A stretch of 64,000 bases of DNA from positions 7,156 to 71,155 of the forward strand of contig CANQCI010000001.1 of the NCBI GenBank assembly GCA_947589675.1, written 5' to 3'. A program made the position numbers and the translations under genes. This DNA comes from an uncultured Bacilli bacterium. GTDB lineage: Bacteria; Bacillota_I; Bacilli_A; RF39; UBA660. Position 1 is the first letter of the stretch, and the number at the start of each line of letters is the position of its first letter. Below the pieces are notes generated by a model. The model searched no databases and was not told the DNA's origin. It was given only the letters and a program-made list of their open reading frames with translations. Positions 47,717-57,920 of the stretch are shown here, piece after piece.

Positions 47717-48412
47717 ATGAATGATATAGATAGTATAACAACGGCGTTTAAAAATTTGGGTAATGAAATATCTTATAAAAAAATATGCGAATTTACCGAT
47801 AATCAAAGAAAAGAATATAAAATTCTTTTAGCTAATTTAGAAAAAGTAAATTCAACAAAACAATCATCAAGCGAAAAAGGAAAGGCACTTGAAGATATTG
47901 CTTCATTTGTTTTAAAAACAAGCAATATTTTTGATGTGTATCAGAATATATTGACTTCAACAAATGAATTAGACCAATTAGTTAGAACTAATAATAAAGG
48001 TAAAATTTTATTTTCGAATGGGATAATTGATAAAAGACTAAAAAGTTTTATATGTGAATGTAAAAATCATAAAGAAAAAATTTCTGTAACTTATGTTGGT
48101 AAGATATGCAGTTTATTATCTACAACAAAAAATAAAATTTGTATTTTATTTTCTTACTATGGAGTTTCTGGTAAAGAATGGAAAGATTCTGTTGGATTAA
48201 TAAAAAAGTTTTATTTGTCAAAAGAAAATGAAGAAGATAGATATTGTATAATAGATTTTAATATAAAAGATTTTATAAGTATAGAAAAAGGTAACAATAT
48301 TCTTCAAATTATAGAAGATAAAATTTTGGCTTTACAAAATGATACTAATTACATATATTTGTTAAGTCCACATGAATCGGAAAAGAAAGTATTAGAATTA
48401 CAAGAAATATAA
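47717..48412 (+). CDS. restriction-endonuclease-fold (Mrr_cat-like, PD-(D/E)xK) protein
   Basis: GKALEDIASFVL ... TNELDQLVR ... FICECKN ... ILFSYYGVSGKEW fits the Mrr catalytic-domain pattern (E...D...ExK). Confidence 0.5.
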   Translation: MNDIDSITTAFKNLGNEISYKKICEFTDNQRKEYKILLANLEKVNSTKQSSSEKGKALEDIASFVLKTSNIFDVYQNILTSTNELDQLVRTNNKGKILFSNGIIDKRLKSFICECKNHKEKISVTYVGKICSLLSTTKNKICILFSYYGVSGKEWKDSVGLIKKFYLSKENEEDRYCIIDFNIKDFISIEKGNNILQIIEDKILALQNDTNYIYLLSPHESEKKVLELQEI

Positions 48413-48506
48413 TCGGATATATTTCTTTTTTTATTGACTGAAATATTTTTCTTCCCTTATAAGCCAAAATATGTTAAGATAGAAAAATTAAAAAGGGGGA
48501 AAACTG

Positions 48507-49970
48507 GTGAAAATTTATGATAAGCTAATAAATAGAATTAGTGAAACAAAATATTTAAATGCCGAAAATTCCTATCGCTATCGACCCATTATGCGGGTAT
48601 TTTATAATCATTATATTAAGTTAGAATATTGGCTTTATAAAGAAGATATTTATAATGAATTAAAAGATAATGCCATATTTAGTGAGTATACTTTAGATGA
48701 TTGCGAACGAGATTTAGATATATTAACTGAATGGTTAAGTTTAACAAGACTTCAAGATACCAAAAATGCTTTATCACTTCCAGAATTTAAAAATAAAAAA
48801 TTTCGTTATCAAATGACTGAGTATGCTACCGAGATTGAAAGATTAGTCATATCTTTAGAAGAATTGGAAATCAAGGCTTCTTCATTGGAACCTAAATTGT
48901 TTGATCGCTTAAAAGATACAATTGCTAAATTAGAAAATACTATTTCTTTAAGTCCTGATGAAGTTAACGAAATATGGAATGATTTAAATGATAATTTTAC
49001 AAAACTAAATGAAAGTTATCAAGATTTCTTAAAGAAATTTAATGAACCTAAAACTGAGGAGTTATTTCAAGGAGAAGCATTTTTAAAATATAAAACGGAA
49101 ATAATAAGTTATTTAAGAAATTTTATTCAAAGTTATCAACAAAATATAAATAAGATAAAATATAGTATAAACAAAATTGATGAAGAAATAAAATTAGATT
49201 TTATCAATAAATTAGTAAGATATAATGAACAAAATCCCTTATTAAATCAAAATTTTGATTTTGGTTATTTTAAAGAATTAAATTTTGATAAACTAACTAA
49301 TATTTTGAAATGGTTTGTTAGTAATGATTCTACCTTAAGTGAAGGTCAAAAATTAATGGATACAACCGATAATATTATTGTTTCTCTTACCAAGTATGCC
49401 AATTCTTTAATTGAACTGCGAGGGAATATGACTAGCCGCAAGGAGGAATATAAACATCTTTGTCAACAATTTGATAAAATAAGTAACATGGATGAAGCTC
49501 ATAGACTTGCTGCGGTTATCTTAGGTATAAGTAATGTTAGACATTTTTTAGGAAATTCTAATATTACGACTGATACAATTGTAAATACTTATGATAATCC
49601 ACCTCTGGAAATAATTTTATCATCAAGAACCAAAAAACGAAAAGAAAAGATTGATTTAAAACCTATTGAAGATAAAACGCTGGCGAAAAGAAAAATTTTA
49701 GAGGAATATCGTTTAGAGCAAGAAAAAAATAAAGAAATATTAAAGAGTTTGATAAAGAATAAAAAAATAATTTTAGAAAATGAGAGACAATTAACGAAAA
49801 TTGAACGCCGGTATATTCAAAAATTATTAGCATCATCGCTAACACATAAAGAAACGGAATTTGGGCTAAGTTATAAAATCAAGAAAAAAGAGGGAACATG
49901 TAAAATAGTATCGGAGGATGGAATATTTTATATGCCAAGTTTAGATATAGAATTTATGGGGGATATATGA
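48507..49970 (+). CDS. jetA: Wadjet JetA (TIGR02677/DUF3375 family, kleisin-like)
   Basis: The N-terminal NAENSYRYRPIMRVFY motif is characteristic of TIGR02677. 487 aa. GTG start after an AAGGGGGAAAA RBS. Confidence 0.75.
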   Translation: MKIYDKLINRISETKYLNAENSYRYRPIMRVFYNHYIKLEYWLYKEDIYNELKDNAIFSEYTLDDCERDLDILTEWLSLTRLQDTKNALSLPEFKNKKFRYQMTEYATEIERLVISLEELEIKASSLEPKLFDRLKDTIAKLENTISLSPDEVNEIWNDLNDNFTKLNESYQDFLKKFNEPKTEELFQGEAFLKYKTEIISYLRNFIQSYQQNINKIKYSINKIDEEIKLDFINKLVRYNEQNPLLNQNFDFGYFKELNFDKLTNILKWFVSNDSTLSEGQKLMDTTDNIIVSLTKYANSLIELRGNMTSRKEEYKHLCQQFDKISNMDEAHRLAAVILGISNVRHFLGNSNITTDTIVNTYDNPPLEIILSSRTKKRKEKIDLKPIEDKTLAKRKILEEYRLEQEKNKEILKSLIKNKKIILENERQLTKIERRYIQKLLASSLTHKETEFGLSYKIKKKEGTCKIVSEDGIFYMPSLDIEFMGDI

Positions 49971-51136
49971 TAGATAAACATACAAAAGAATTAGAATATT
50001 TATTAAATAATTTTTGGTGTCTTAAAGATCAAAATCCTAGCTTATATTGGGAAATAAAAAATAATTTAGATTATTATAAAGACTTTGTCCAAACGAAATT
50101 AGGAAGTGTGCTTATTGTTAACGATCGTTTAATAAAATTAGAAAAGATTCCCACTATTCCTAAGGCTTATATGGGAATTAATGCTTTTGGGCAACCTTTA
50201 GAATATGTTCTTTTATTTCTTATTTTATTATTTTTAGAAGATAAACCAAAATCTAAACAATTTATTCTTTCTAATTTAATTGATTTTATTGATAATACGG
50301 CAAGAGGATTAGAGCTTGATCATTTACCGGATTGGAATATATATCAACATCGGAAATGTTTAGTTAATGTGATGCATCATTTGGAAGATATGGGGATTAT
50401 TAAGGTAGTTGACGAAATCTATAATTTTTCGGAGGATAAACAGGCTGAGGGGTTATATGAATCAACTGGGATATCAAATTATTATATTCGCAGATTTCAA
50501 AATAATATTTTAAATTATGAAACAATTGAAGATTATTTAAATGATGAATATACTAAGTATACCGATAAGGATATAAAAAGAATGAAAATTTATCGAAATT
50601 TATTATATTCACTCGTTATTTATCCAGAAGAGTTAACGGAGTTTGAATGGGATTACTTACGCAAATTTCGGGGAACTATAAGTAATGAATTAAGTAAATA
50701 TACGGATGGGGAATTAGAAATCACTAAAAATATGGCATTACTTTTATTTCCTATGGAAGGACGTCAAAGTTATGATTTTCCTAATTCTAAAGCTATATGT
50801 GATATTATTTTATTAATTAATAATTATCTTTTAGAATTAGTAGATAAAGGGGAATTACAATTAAATCAACAAGAAATAATTGTTATATCAGAAGAATATT
50901 TCAAAAGAATTATTAAAGAAGTTAGAAATGAATCAGGTTTATATTTTAGTAAATATTATAAAGATTTATCTTTTACTAGTTTTTATCAAGATATAGTAGA
51001 ATGTATGCAGGAATATGATTTTCTGAAAATAAATGATTTAGAAGTTAAAATATATCCTATGGTTTCAAAATTAATTGGGTATATACCGCAAGATCCTTTA
51101 CAACAATTAGATTTATTTGGGGGTAATTATGAATAG
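49967..51136 (+). CDS. jetB: Wadjet JetB (TIGR02678-like)
   Basis: 389 aa. Its start overlaps the jetA stop (ATGA) and it lies between jetA and jetC. The assignment rests on position and size. Confidence 0.6.
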   Translation: MIDKHTKELEYLLNNFWCLKDQNPSLYWEIKNNLDYYKDFVQTKLGSVLIVNDRLIKLEKIPTIPKAYMGINAFGQPLEYVLLFLILLFLEDKPKSKQFILSNLIDFIDNTARGLELDHLPDWNIYQHRKCLVNVMHHLEDMGIIKVVDEIYNFSEDKQAEGLYESTGISNYYIRRFQNNILNYETIEDYLNDEYTKYTDKDIKRMKIYRNLLYSLVIYPEELTEFEWDYLRKFRGTISNELSKYTDGELEITKNMALLLFPMEGRQSYDFPNSKAICDIILLINNYLLELVDKGELQLNQQEIIVISEEYFKRIIKEVRNESGLYFSKYYKDLSFTSFYQDIVECMQEYDFLKINDLEVKIYPMVSKLIGYIPQDPLQQLDLFGGNYE

Positions 51137-54100
51137 ATATAAAGTAACAAAAATTGGTTTATTAAATTTTTGGTTATATGATGAAGAAGAATATGATTTT
51201 TATGGAGGAAAGTTAATTTTAAGAGGAGCAAATGGCAGTGGAAAGTCTGTTACCATGCAATCTTTTATTCCTTTGATTTTAGATGGCAATAAAAGTCCTG
51301 AGCGATTAGATCCATTTGGTTCTAAAGAACGAAAAATTGAGGATTATGTTTTAGGAATTGATGATTATTTACAAAAAGAAGAATCGACAGCTTATTTATA
51401 CATGGAAACTTATAATTCTTCTTTAAATAAATATTTAACGATTGGTTTAGGTTTTCGAGGCAGAAAAGGTCGTCCTGTGGAATCTTGGGGTTTTGCCCTA
51501 AAAGATGGTGCCCGAATAGGACATGATTTTTATTTATATAAAGACCCTGTTAATAAGATTCCTATTAGCAAAAATGAATTAAAAAGTCGGCTAGGAACCA
51601 TAAATGAATTTTGGGATAATATGAAAGATTATAAAGCTATGGTTAATCGGCTTCTTTTTGGTTTTCCTAATTTAGATGCCTATGACGAGTTTATTAAACT
51701 TCTTTTACAATTACGAAGTAATAAATTATCAAAAGATTTTAAACCAACTAATTTAATTAATGTTTTAAATTCTGTGCTACAGCCTTTAACAGAAGAAGAT
51801 TTACGCCCTTTAGCCGAGGCTATTGAACAAATGAATAAAACCAAAATAGACATTGAGTTATTAGAAAAAAGTCAAAAATCAGTGCATGATTTTTTGAAAG
51901 TATATAATAATTATAATGAATCTATTCTTTTAGATAAAACTCGTCGTTATAAAGAAGTTCAAGATTTTTATAATAATTTATTGAATGATATAAAGATAAA
52001 AAATAACTTTTTAAAAGAATGTTCTACTAATTTAGAAAATAATAAAAAACGTTTTAATAAAGTTATCGAGGATATCGAGGTTAATAAAGAGAAGAAAGAA
52101 CAATTAGATGATAGTGATTTAAAACAAAAAATTGAATCATTAGCATCTTTAGAAGACAATATTAAAAATCTGGCAAATAAAATCGAGGAATTAGAGCAAA
52201 AAAATGATACTTTGCAACAAGATAAGTTAGCTTTAAATAATAAAATTTCCACAAGTGAAGATGAAATATATAAATTAAGAAAAGAAATAAAAGAAGTTTT
52301 AATTGATTTAAAAGATTTAAGTAATGATGCTTATAGTGGAAAATTAGTTAATTATGTGGAAATGCTTGAAAATGATTTATTTAGTGTTTCAATAGATGAT
52401 TTATTAATTTCTTTAAAAAACTATAAGGAAAAAGTAACTAAGGTTTTAAAACTATTAGAAGAGGAAAATGATATTAATTTAGAAAGTGAAAAGCAAAGAA
52501 TTGAATTTGCCAAATTAACTCAAGAATATCAAGAATTAGAAAAACAAATTATGTTAGCTCAAAAGAATTTGACCGAGGCTATAATGGCATGGCAAGAAGA
52601 TTTTATTAATAAGGAACATAACAATAATTATTTAAAATTAACCGATTATGTTAAAAAGCAAATTTTGGAATTAATGAATGATTATACCAAGGCAAATTTT
52701 GAAAAAGTTGTAAATATTTATAAAGATTATGCTCAAGATTTAATAAATGGCGTTATCAAAGAAAATTTAATATTGCAAAATAAAATAGATTCAAAGAAGT
52801 TAGAATTAAGCACTTTAGAAGAGGAATATCATAAATTAGAAAATCAAGATGATTTAGAAATTCCCTCTTTAAATAAAGATATTGCTGAAATTTTAAAGAA
52901 TAACAAAATAGAAAATATTCCTTTATATAAATGTTTAGAATTTAAAAATAATATTTCTGATACGGAAAAGAATAATATTGAATCTTTATTACTAGATTTA
53001 AATATTTTAAATGCTTTAGTTATTAAACCAGAAGACATAGACAAATTAGATAATATTAAAACGCCAATTATTTATTTAACTAAATCAACAAAGAAAAAAG
53101 ATAATATCTTAAAATATTTTAATATTGTAATTCCCAATGGTTCTTCTATTAAAGAAAGTTATTTAAAAGAAATTTTAGAATCTATTAGTATCAATCCCGA
53201 TGACCTGGTGGCAATTGATCCTAAGGGGAAAGCCAAAATGGATATGCTTAATTTTCTTCCTGATTATACTTATAAACAAAAGTTTATTGGCTTTTTAAAA
53301 AGATTAGAATTAAAAAAGAAACAATTAGCCGAATTACAAGAAAAAATTACCTTAAATAAGGAAGAAATTAATAATATCAATAGTTTAATTGTTAGTAATG
53401 AAAATAAAATAGAAATTTTAAGAAAAGAACAAAATAATATCCCAAATAATGATTTTATAAAAGGAATAGAGAATAATATTGAAGATTTAAAACGTAATTT
53501 AAATTGGACAGATAAAAAACAAAAAGAAGTTGAAGAAAGTTTAAAAATAATAGATAATAATTTGAAAAAAGTTAAAACCGAAATTATGAATAATAAGGAA
53601 GGTTTAGTAATTCCTTTAAATATTGTTACTTATCAACAAACTTTAACTGTTTTAAATAATATTAATGAAATTGTGCAAAGTTTTCATGTTACATTAAAAT
53701 CTTTAGATAATAAATTAGAAATTCAAAAAAGTTATCAAGAACGCTTAGAAGATGTTACGAATAATATTGAATATTCTTTAGATGAACAACGAGAAAAAAA
53801 TAAAGAATTACAAGTAATTAAAGCGAAAAAAGCTACGATTGAAGAGATATTAGAAACTAAAGAATTTAAGGAACAAAAAAATCAACTTTTAGAAATTGAA
53901 AAAAACTTACATGATTTAACCTTAGAAAAAGATAGTTTAATTAAGGATATTGCTAAATTAGAAAATGAACTTGAACATCAACAAGAAAAAATAAATGAAT
54001 TAAATAATTTAAAAGAAAAAAAGGAAAAAGAAGCTAATGCTTATCAAGATATATTTTTAAGAGAATATAAATTAGGTTATGTTTATCAAGAAGATATTAC

Positions 54101-55205
54101 GAATATAAGTGATACTGTTAAAAGAATTATAAATGCGGGTAAAGATAAAAAAGAAATTGATTTAAATTCGTTAGCAAATAGTTTTTTTACAGCTTATAAT
54201 AAATATTCTTTAGAATTAAATGATTATTATTTTCAAATAATTACTATCTTTGAGGATTATGAAATAGAAGATAAAAATATAGCGAAAATTTATCAAGAAA
54301 ATAAAAGAATAGATATAACAACCTTGTATCAAGGAATAAAATTAAATATCTTTGAATTAAAAGAAAAAATAGATAATGATATTTTAGCCAATAAAGATTT
54401 AATTAATGAACAAGATAGACGGTTGTTTGAAGAAATATTATTAAATACGGTTGGGGAAAAAATAAGAAATAAAATTAATGATTCTAATGAATGGATTAAA
54501 AAAATAAATGATATTATTGCGGAGATGCAAAAAGAAAGTGCCCTTAGTTTTAAATTAGTTTGGAAAAGCATTAATGCCGAAAGTGAAGATGAGATTGATA
54601 CCAAAGAATTAGTGCGAATCTTAAAAATGGATCCCCATATGTTAAAAGAAGTTGATGCCGAAAAATTAACTAATCATTTTCGCAGTAAAATTAAAAAAGC
54701 CGAAGAGTTATATCAAGATTCATATGCTTCTTTTACCAAAATTATTGAAGAAATTTTAGATTATCGTTCGTGGTTTACTTTTCAATTATGTTATCAAAGA
54801 AAAGGAAATGAATTTAAAGAATTAACTGATAAAACCTTTGCTAAGTTTAGTGGGGGTGAAAGAGCGAAGAGTATGTATATTCCTTTGTTTGCCAGTGTAT
54901 ATGCTAAGTTATTTATGGCTAGGAGTGATTCTTTAAGATTAATTGCTTTAGATGAAGCTTTTGCGGGAGTAGATGAAGAAAATATTCGGGAAATGTTTGG
55001 TATTTTAAAAAAATTAGATTTAGATTTTATTATCAATTCCCAAGTTTTATGGGGCGATTATGATACAATTGACGATTTATCTATGTGTGAATTAATAAAG
55101 CCTCCCAATTCTTTAGCAGTTTCTGTTGAAAGATATCGCTGGAATGGTAAATATAAAGAAATAATTGTTGATAGAAAAAAATATAATGAGGAACATAATG
55201 CATAG
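51129..55205 (+). CDS. jetC: Wadjet JetC, SMC-like ABC ATPase (TIGR02680 family)
   Basis: N-terminal Walker A GANGSGKSVTMQS, ~900 aa of coiled coil, then a C-terminal signature/Walker B ...FSGGERAKSMYIPLFA ... LIALDEAFAGVDEEN. ~1358 aa. Confidence 0.85.
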   Translation: MNRYKVTKIGLLNFWLYDEEEYDFYGGKLILRGANGSGKSVTMQSFIPLILDGNKSPERLDPFGSKERKIEDYVLGIDDYLQKEESTAYLYMETYNSSLNKYLTIGLGFRGRKGRPVESWGFALKDGARIGHDFYLYKDPVNKIPISKNELKSRLGTINEFWDNMKDYKAMVNRLLFGFPNLDAYDEFIKLLLQLRSNKLSKDFKPTNLINVLNSVLQPLTEEDLRPLAEAIEQMNKTKIDIELLEKSQKSVHDFLKVYNNYNESILLDKTRRYKEVQDFYNNLLNDIKIKNNFLKECSTNLENNKKRFNKVIEDIEVNKEKKEQLDDSDLKQKIESLASLEDNIKNLANKIEELEQKNDTLQQDKLALNNKISTSEDEIYKLRKEIKEVLIDLKDLSNDAYSGKLVNYVEMLENDLFSVSIDDLLISLKNYKEKVTKVLKLLEEENDINLESEKQRIEFAKLTQEYQELEKQIMLAQKNLTEAIMAWQEDFINKEHNNNYLKLTDYVKKQILELMNDYTKANFEKVVNIYKDYAQDLINGVIKENLILQNKIDSKKLELSTLEEEYHKLENQDDLEIPSLNKDIAEILKNNKIENIPLYKCLEFKNNISDTEKNNIESLLLDLNILNALVIKPEDIDKLDNIKTPIIYLTKSTKKKDNILKYFNIVIPNGSSIKESYLKEILESISINPDDLVAIDPKGKAKMDMLNFLPDYTYKQKFIGFLKRLELKKKQLAELQEKITLNKEEINNINSLIVSNENKIEILRKEQNNIPNNDFIKGIENNIEDLKRNLNWTDKKQKEVEESLKIIDNNLKKVKTEIMNNKEGLVIPLNIVTYQQTLTVLNNINEIVQSFHVTLKSLDNKLEIQKSYQERLEDVTNNIEYSLDEQREKNKELQVIKAKKATIEEILETKEFKEQKNQLLEIEKNLHDLTLEKDSLIKDIAKLENELEHQQEKINELNNLKEKKEKEANAYQDIFLREYKLGYVYQEDITNISDTVKRIINAGKDKKEIDLNSLANSFFTAYNKYSLELNDYYFQIITIFEDYEIEDKNIAKIYQENKRIDITTLYQGIKLNIFELKEKIDNDILANKDLINEQDRRLFEEILLNTVGEKIRNKINDSNEWIKKINDIIAEMQKESALSFKLVWKSINAESEDEIDTKELVRILKMDPHMLKEVDAEKLTNHFRSKIKKAEELYQDSYASFTKIIEEILDYRSWFTFQLCYQRKGNEFKELTDKTFAKFSGGERAKSMYIPLFASVYAKLFMARSDSLRLIALDEAFAGVDEENIREMFGILKKLDLDFIINSQVLWGDYDTIDDLSMCELIKPPNSLAVSVERYRWNGKYKEIIVDRKKYNEEHNA

Positions 55206-56430
55206 TTATACCAAATATTTTAAAGAACAAATCGGTTTTAAAAGATTTATGGAAGCTTTATATCAAAAATATCTTTCTTTAGGTAAAATAACCGGAAAAA
55301 TATCTTTAGAAAGACTTACCAAGGAAGAAGCTCATGTTTTATCGAAACTTTTTGGCTATAATTATCAAGAAGCAACGGATTTTAAAATTAGTGTTTTAAC
55401 TTTTACTAAAGTTATGGCAGCCTCTAAATATGAAGATTTTGATTTAAATACTTTAGTCGAAGAATATTTAGGGGTTAAATTAGTTTCTAAAAAAGAAACA
55501 AAAGAAAAAGAAAGAGAAGAAGAAAGGGCATTTTACCAAAATATATTAGACGAAAGTAAAGCTAGTAAATGGTTATTAAATGTAATTGAAACCAAAGAAA
55601 ATCCTTATTCTTCTCTGCATAAAAGATATTTAAAAGAAAAAGAGTTATTGAAAAAGGAGTTAGTAAATGTATTAGCTTTACTAAATAACTTACCGAAAGA
55701 AAGAACTTTAATTTCGATTTATGCTGCCAACATTACCATGGATCCTCATTATTTAGATTTAGATAATAATCATTGTCTGTTGTTTTTCTCCGGCTTAGCT
55801 TATTTTAGTCACTGTTCTTATCCTTTAACTAGGGAAGATAAAATAAAATTATTATCTTTAAATAATATAGAAATAGATAATTTATCTAATTTTGTCATAA
55901 CGTATAATTTGCATACTAATAGAGAATATTTAAATAACTTTTATCAAACAAAAGAACCTGTTATTTTGAATATTCAAAATATTTTAAATATTGATTATAT
56001 AGAGGGAATAAATCAAAAAATAATAATTGTGGAAAACCCGTCAATATTAAATGAAATTATAGCACGAAAGATGAATGTAAGTGTTATAGTTTCTGGGGGA
56101 TTTGCCAATACAGCTGTTTATTTACTTTTAGATAAAATCAATAATAATCAATTATTTTATAATGGGGATTTTGATCCCGAAGGATTACTTATTGCTCAAA
56201 AATTAAAAGAAAAATATCCTAATTTACAATTATTTTGTTATCAAAAAGAAGATTATGAAGCATCATTTTCCAAAAATGAAATTAGTAATGCGAGAATTAA
56301 TAAATTAAAAGGTATAAAAGAAAAAGATTTAATGGTTATAAGTAATTTAATTAAAACTAAAAAGAATGTTGCTTATCAAGAAAATAATAAAGAAAGAATT
56401 ATGGAATTTATTAAAAAATTATATTGGTAA
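55198..56430 (+). CDS. jetD: Wadjet JetD (TIGR02679; C-terminal Toprim-like DUF2220)
   Basis: C-terminal IIVENPSILNEI ... VIVSGGFANTAVYLLLDKI ... FYNGDFDPEGLLIAQKL matches the Toprim DxD core. The start is taken at ATG 55198 with a GAGGAA RBS; the ORF track opens at TTG 55165. Confidence 0.75.
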   Translation: MHSYTKYFKEQIGFKRFMEALYQKYLSLGKITGKISLERLTKEEAHVLSKLFGYNYQEATDFKISVLTFTKVMAASKYEDFDLNTLVEEYLGVKLVSKKETKEKEREEERAFYQNILDESKASKWLLNVIETKENPYSSLHKRYLKEKELLKKELVNVLALLNNLPKERTLISIYAANITMDPHYLDLDNNHCLLFFSGLAYFSHCSYPLTREDKIKLLSLNNIEIDNLSNFVITYNLHTNREYLNNFYQTKEPVILNIQNILNIDYIEGINQKIIIVENPSILNEIIARKMNVSVIVSGGFANTAVYLLLDKINNNQLFYNGDFDPEGLLIAQKLKEKYPNLQLFCYQKEDYEASFSKNEISNARINKLKGIKEKDLMVISNLIKTKKNVAYQENNKERIMEFIKKLYW

Positions 56431-56447
56431 GATTGATAAAATACTAT

Positions 56448-56490
56448 GGCTATCAACCAGTACTACCATTGGAATTGATAGCCTTTTTTT
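56448..56490 (+). terminator. rho-independent terminator after jetD
   Basis: GGCTATCAA-18 nt-TTGATAGCC followed by T7. Confidence 0.5.
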
Positions 56491-56877
56491 AATTATAACT
56501 TAAGTGATTTTGGAAATAAATAAAATTAAGAAACAATAACAAAATAATATTATAGTAATGCTGGTGTTATTGTTAGCAAGAGGTACTTATTTAGGATTTG
56601 CCCAATATTTTGTTGATAATTTGAAATATTATCCAATGAATATTCTATAAATAAAGATGAGTATTTAGTAAATATATTTGAAATATCTAGTTTTGATTTT
56701 GAATTTGAAATTTTAGATAATAATTTGTTAGAATATTTAAAAAGTAAACAAAATGTTGTATTATAAGCGTAAATAAATAATTTTTAATGTTGATTATTTA
56801 TTTAGGATTTATTATGTATTATATATAATAATCCACAAGTAATATGTTATAATGAATATAGTATAGTAGGTGATTAG

Positions 56878-57714
56878 GTGAATAAGAAAAAAGAAGAAAT
56901 AACTAGAAAAGATTTAAAAAAAGATTTTTTAAAACAATCGATAATCAGAATAGATTATGATTATATGTTCGATGAATATATAGAAGAAACTATGAAAAAA
57001 ATTGATGATTTTTTGGGTGATAAAGGATATACTATAAAAAATAATTTTATGTCTAAATTTGGGCTAAAAGTAGATATTGATAAGTTGAATGATGACGTAA
57101 ACACTAATATAATGGATACCATAAATGTAGAATCAGACAAAAGAGAGAAGTTTTTTTCGTTTGTTAATGAGAACAAAAATATAAGGATTGATATTACTCG
57201 AGAATATTCGGCTATTACTGTCGAATACGTTGAACATATTCATTTTGATGAGATTTATGATATTTTTAATGAGATAGTTAAGGAATTACGAAATGCAAGA
57301 AGAAATCTGCAAATTAAAAGATTAGGATTAAGGAAAATTAATATTTTTATGATGAAAGATATTTCTAAAATAAATAATTTTTTTGAAGAAAATACTTTCA
57401 ATTACTCTGATAAAAATCTATCATCATATCAATTTATTGGTAAGAACTCTTTAGTTAATTATAAATGTGGGGATTATCTTGTAAATCAAATAGCAAATAT
57501 TGCCCAAGGATATTTGCAAACAGATGATTCTTCTCAACTTTTGTATCAATTAGTACTTGATTTTGATATTTATATTGAAAATCTTACCAATCAAGAAATA
57601 TTAAAAGATATGAATGATAAACTGTTTGAAATATATAAAAATTCTTTGACAGAAAGTTTTTTAAATGAATTATTAATTGAAAATTTTAATAATGAGGAGA
57701 TTTTTAAATTATGA
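56878..57714 (+). CDS. hypothetical protein (278 aa)
   Basis: GTG start with a GGTGA RBS. First gene of a three-gene operon. No motif recognised. Confidence 0.45.
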   Translation: MNKKKEEITRKDLKKDFLKQSIIRIDYDYMFDEYIEETMKKIDDFLGDKGYTIKNNFMSKFGLKVDIDKLNDDVNTNIMDTINVESDKREKFFSFVNENKNIRIDITREYSAITVEYVEHIHFDEIYDIFNEIVKELRNARRNLQIKRLGLRKINIFMMKDISKINNFFEENTFNYSDKNLSSYQFIGKNSLVNYKCGDYLVNQIANIAQGYLQTDDSSQLLYQLVLDFDIYIENLTNQEILKDMNDKLFEIYKNSLTESFLNELLIENFNNEEIFKL

Positions 57715-57920
57715 TTTTTACAATGAATAATGCCGGAGTAACGACAAATGAAATTTATAATAAAACGAAAATAGTTCTTTCACAATCTGTGAATAATTCT
57801 AATTATAATTCTAAAATAAATAGTAAAGTTTTTAAACCGGTAACAAGTATTTCATTTTCCTTAAGTTCATCAAACAAAAATGTTAACTATAAAAAGGTAA
57901 AACAAACTAAAAATGGATAA
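57711..57920 (+). CDS. small low-complexity S/N-rich ORF (69 aa), uncertain
   Basis: Overlaps both neighbours (ATGA at each end). It may be a real linker gene or an artefact. Confidence 0.25.
   Translation: MIFTMNNAGVTTNEIYNKTKIVLSQSVNNSNYNSKINSKVFKPVTSISFSLSSSNKNVNYKKVKQTKNG

Noticed and set aside
56431-56877. 447-bp AT-rich spacer with TTGA-rich short repeats (TTGATTTTGAATTTGAAATTTTAG) searched for CRISPR-like periodicity
   Set aside because: The repeats are under 10 bp, irregularly spaced, and have no unique spacers. This is an ordinary AT-rich promoter region, not a CRISPR array.
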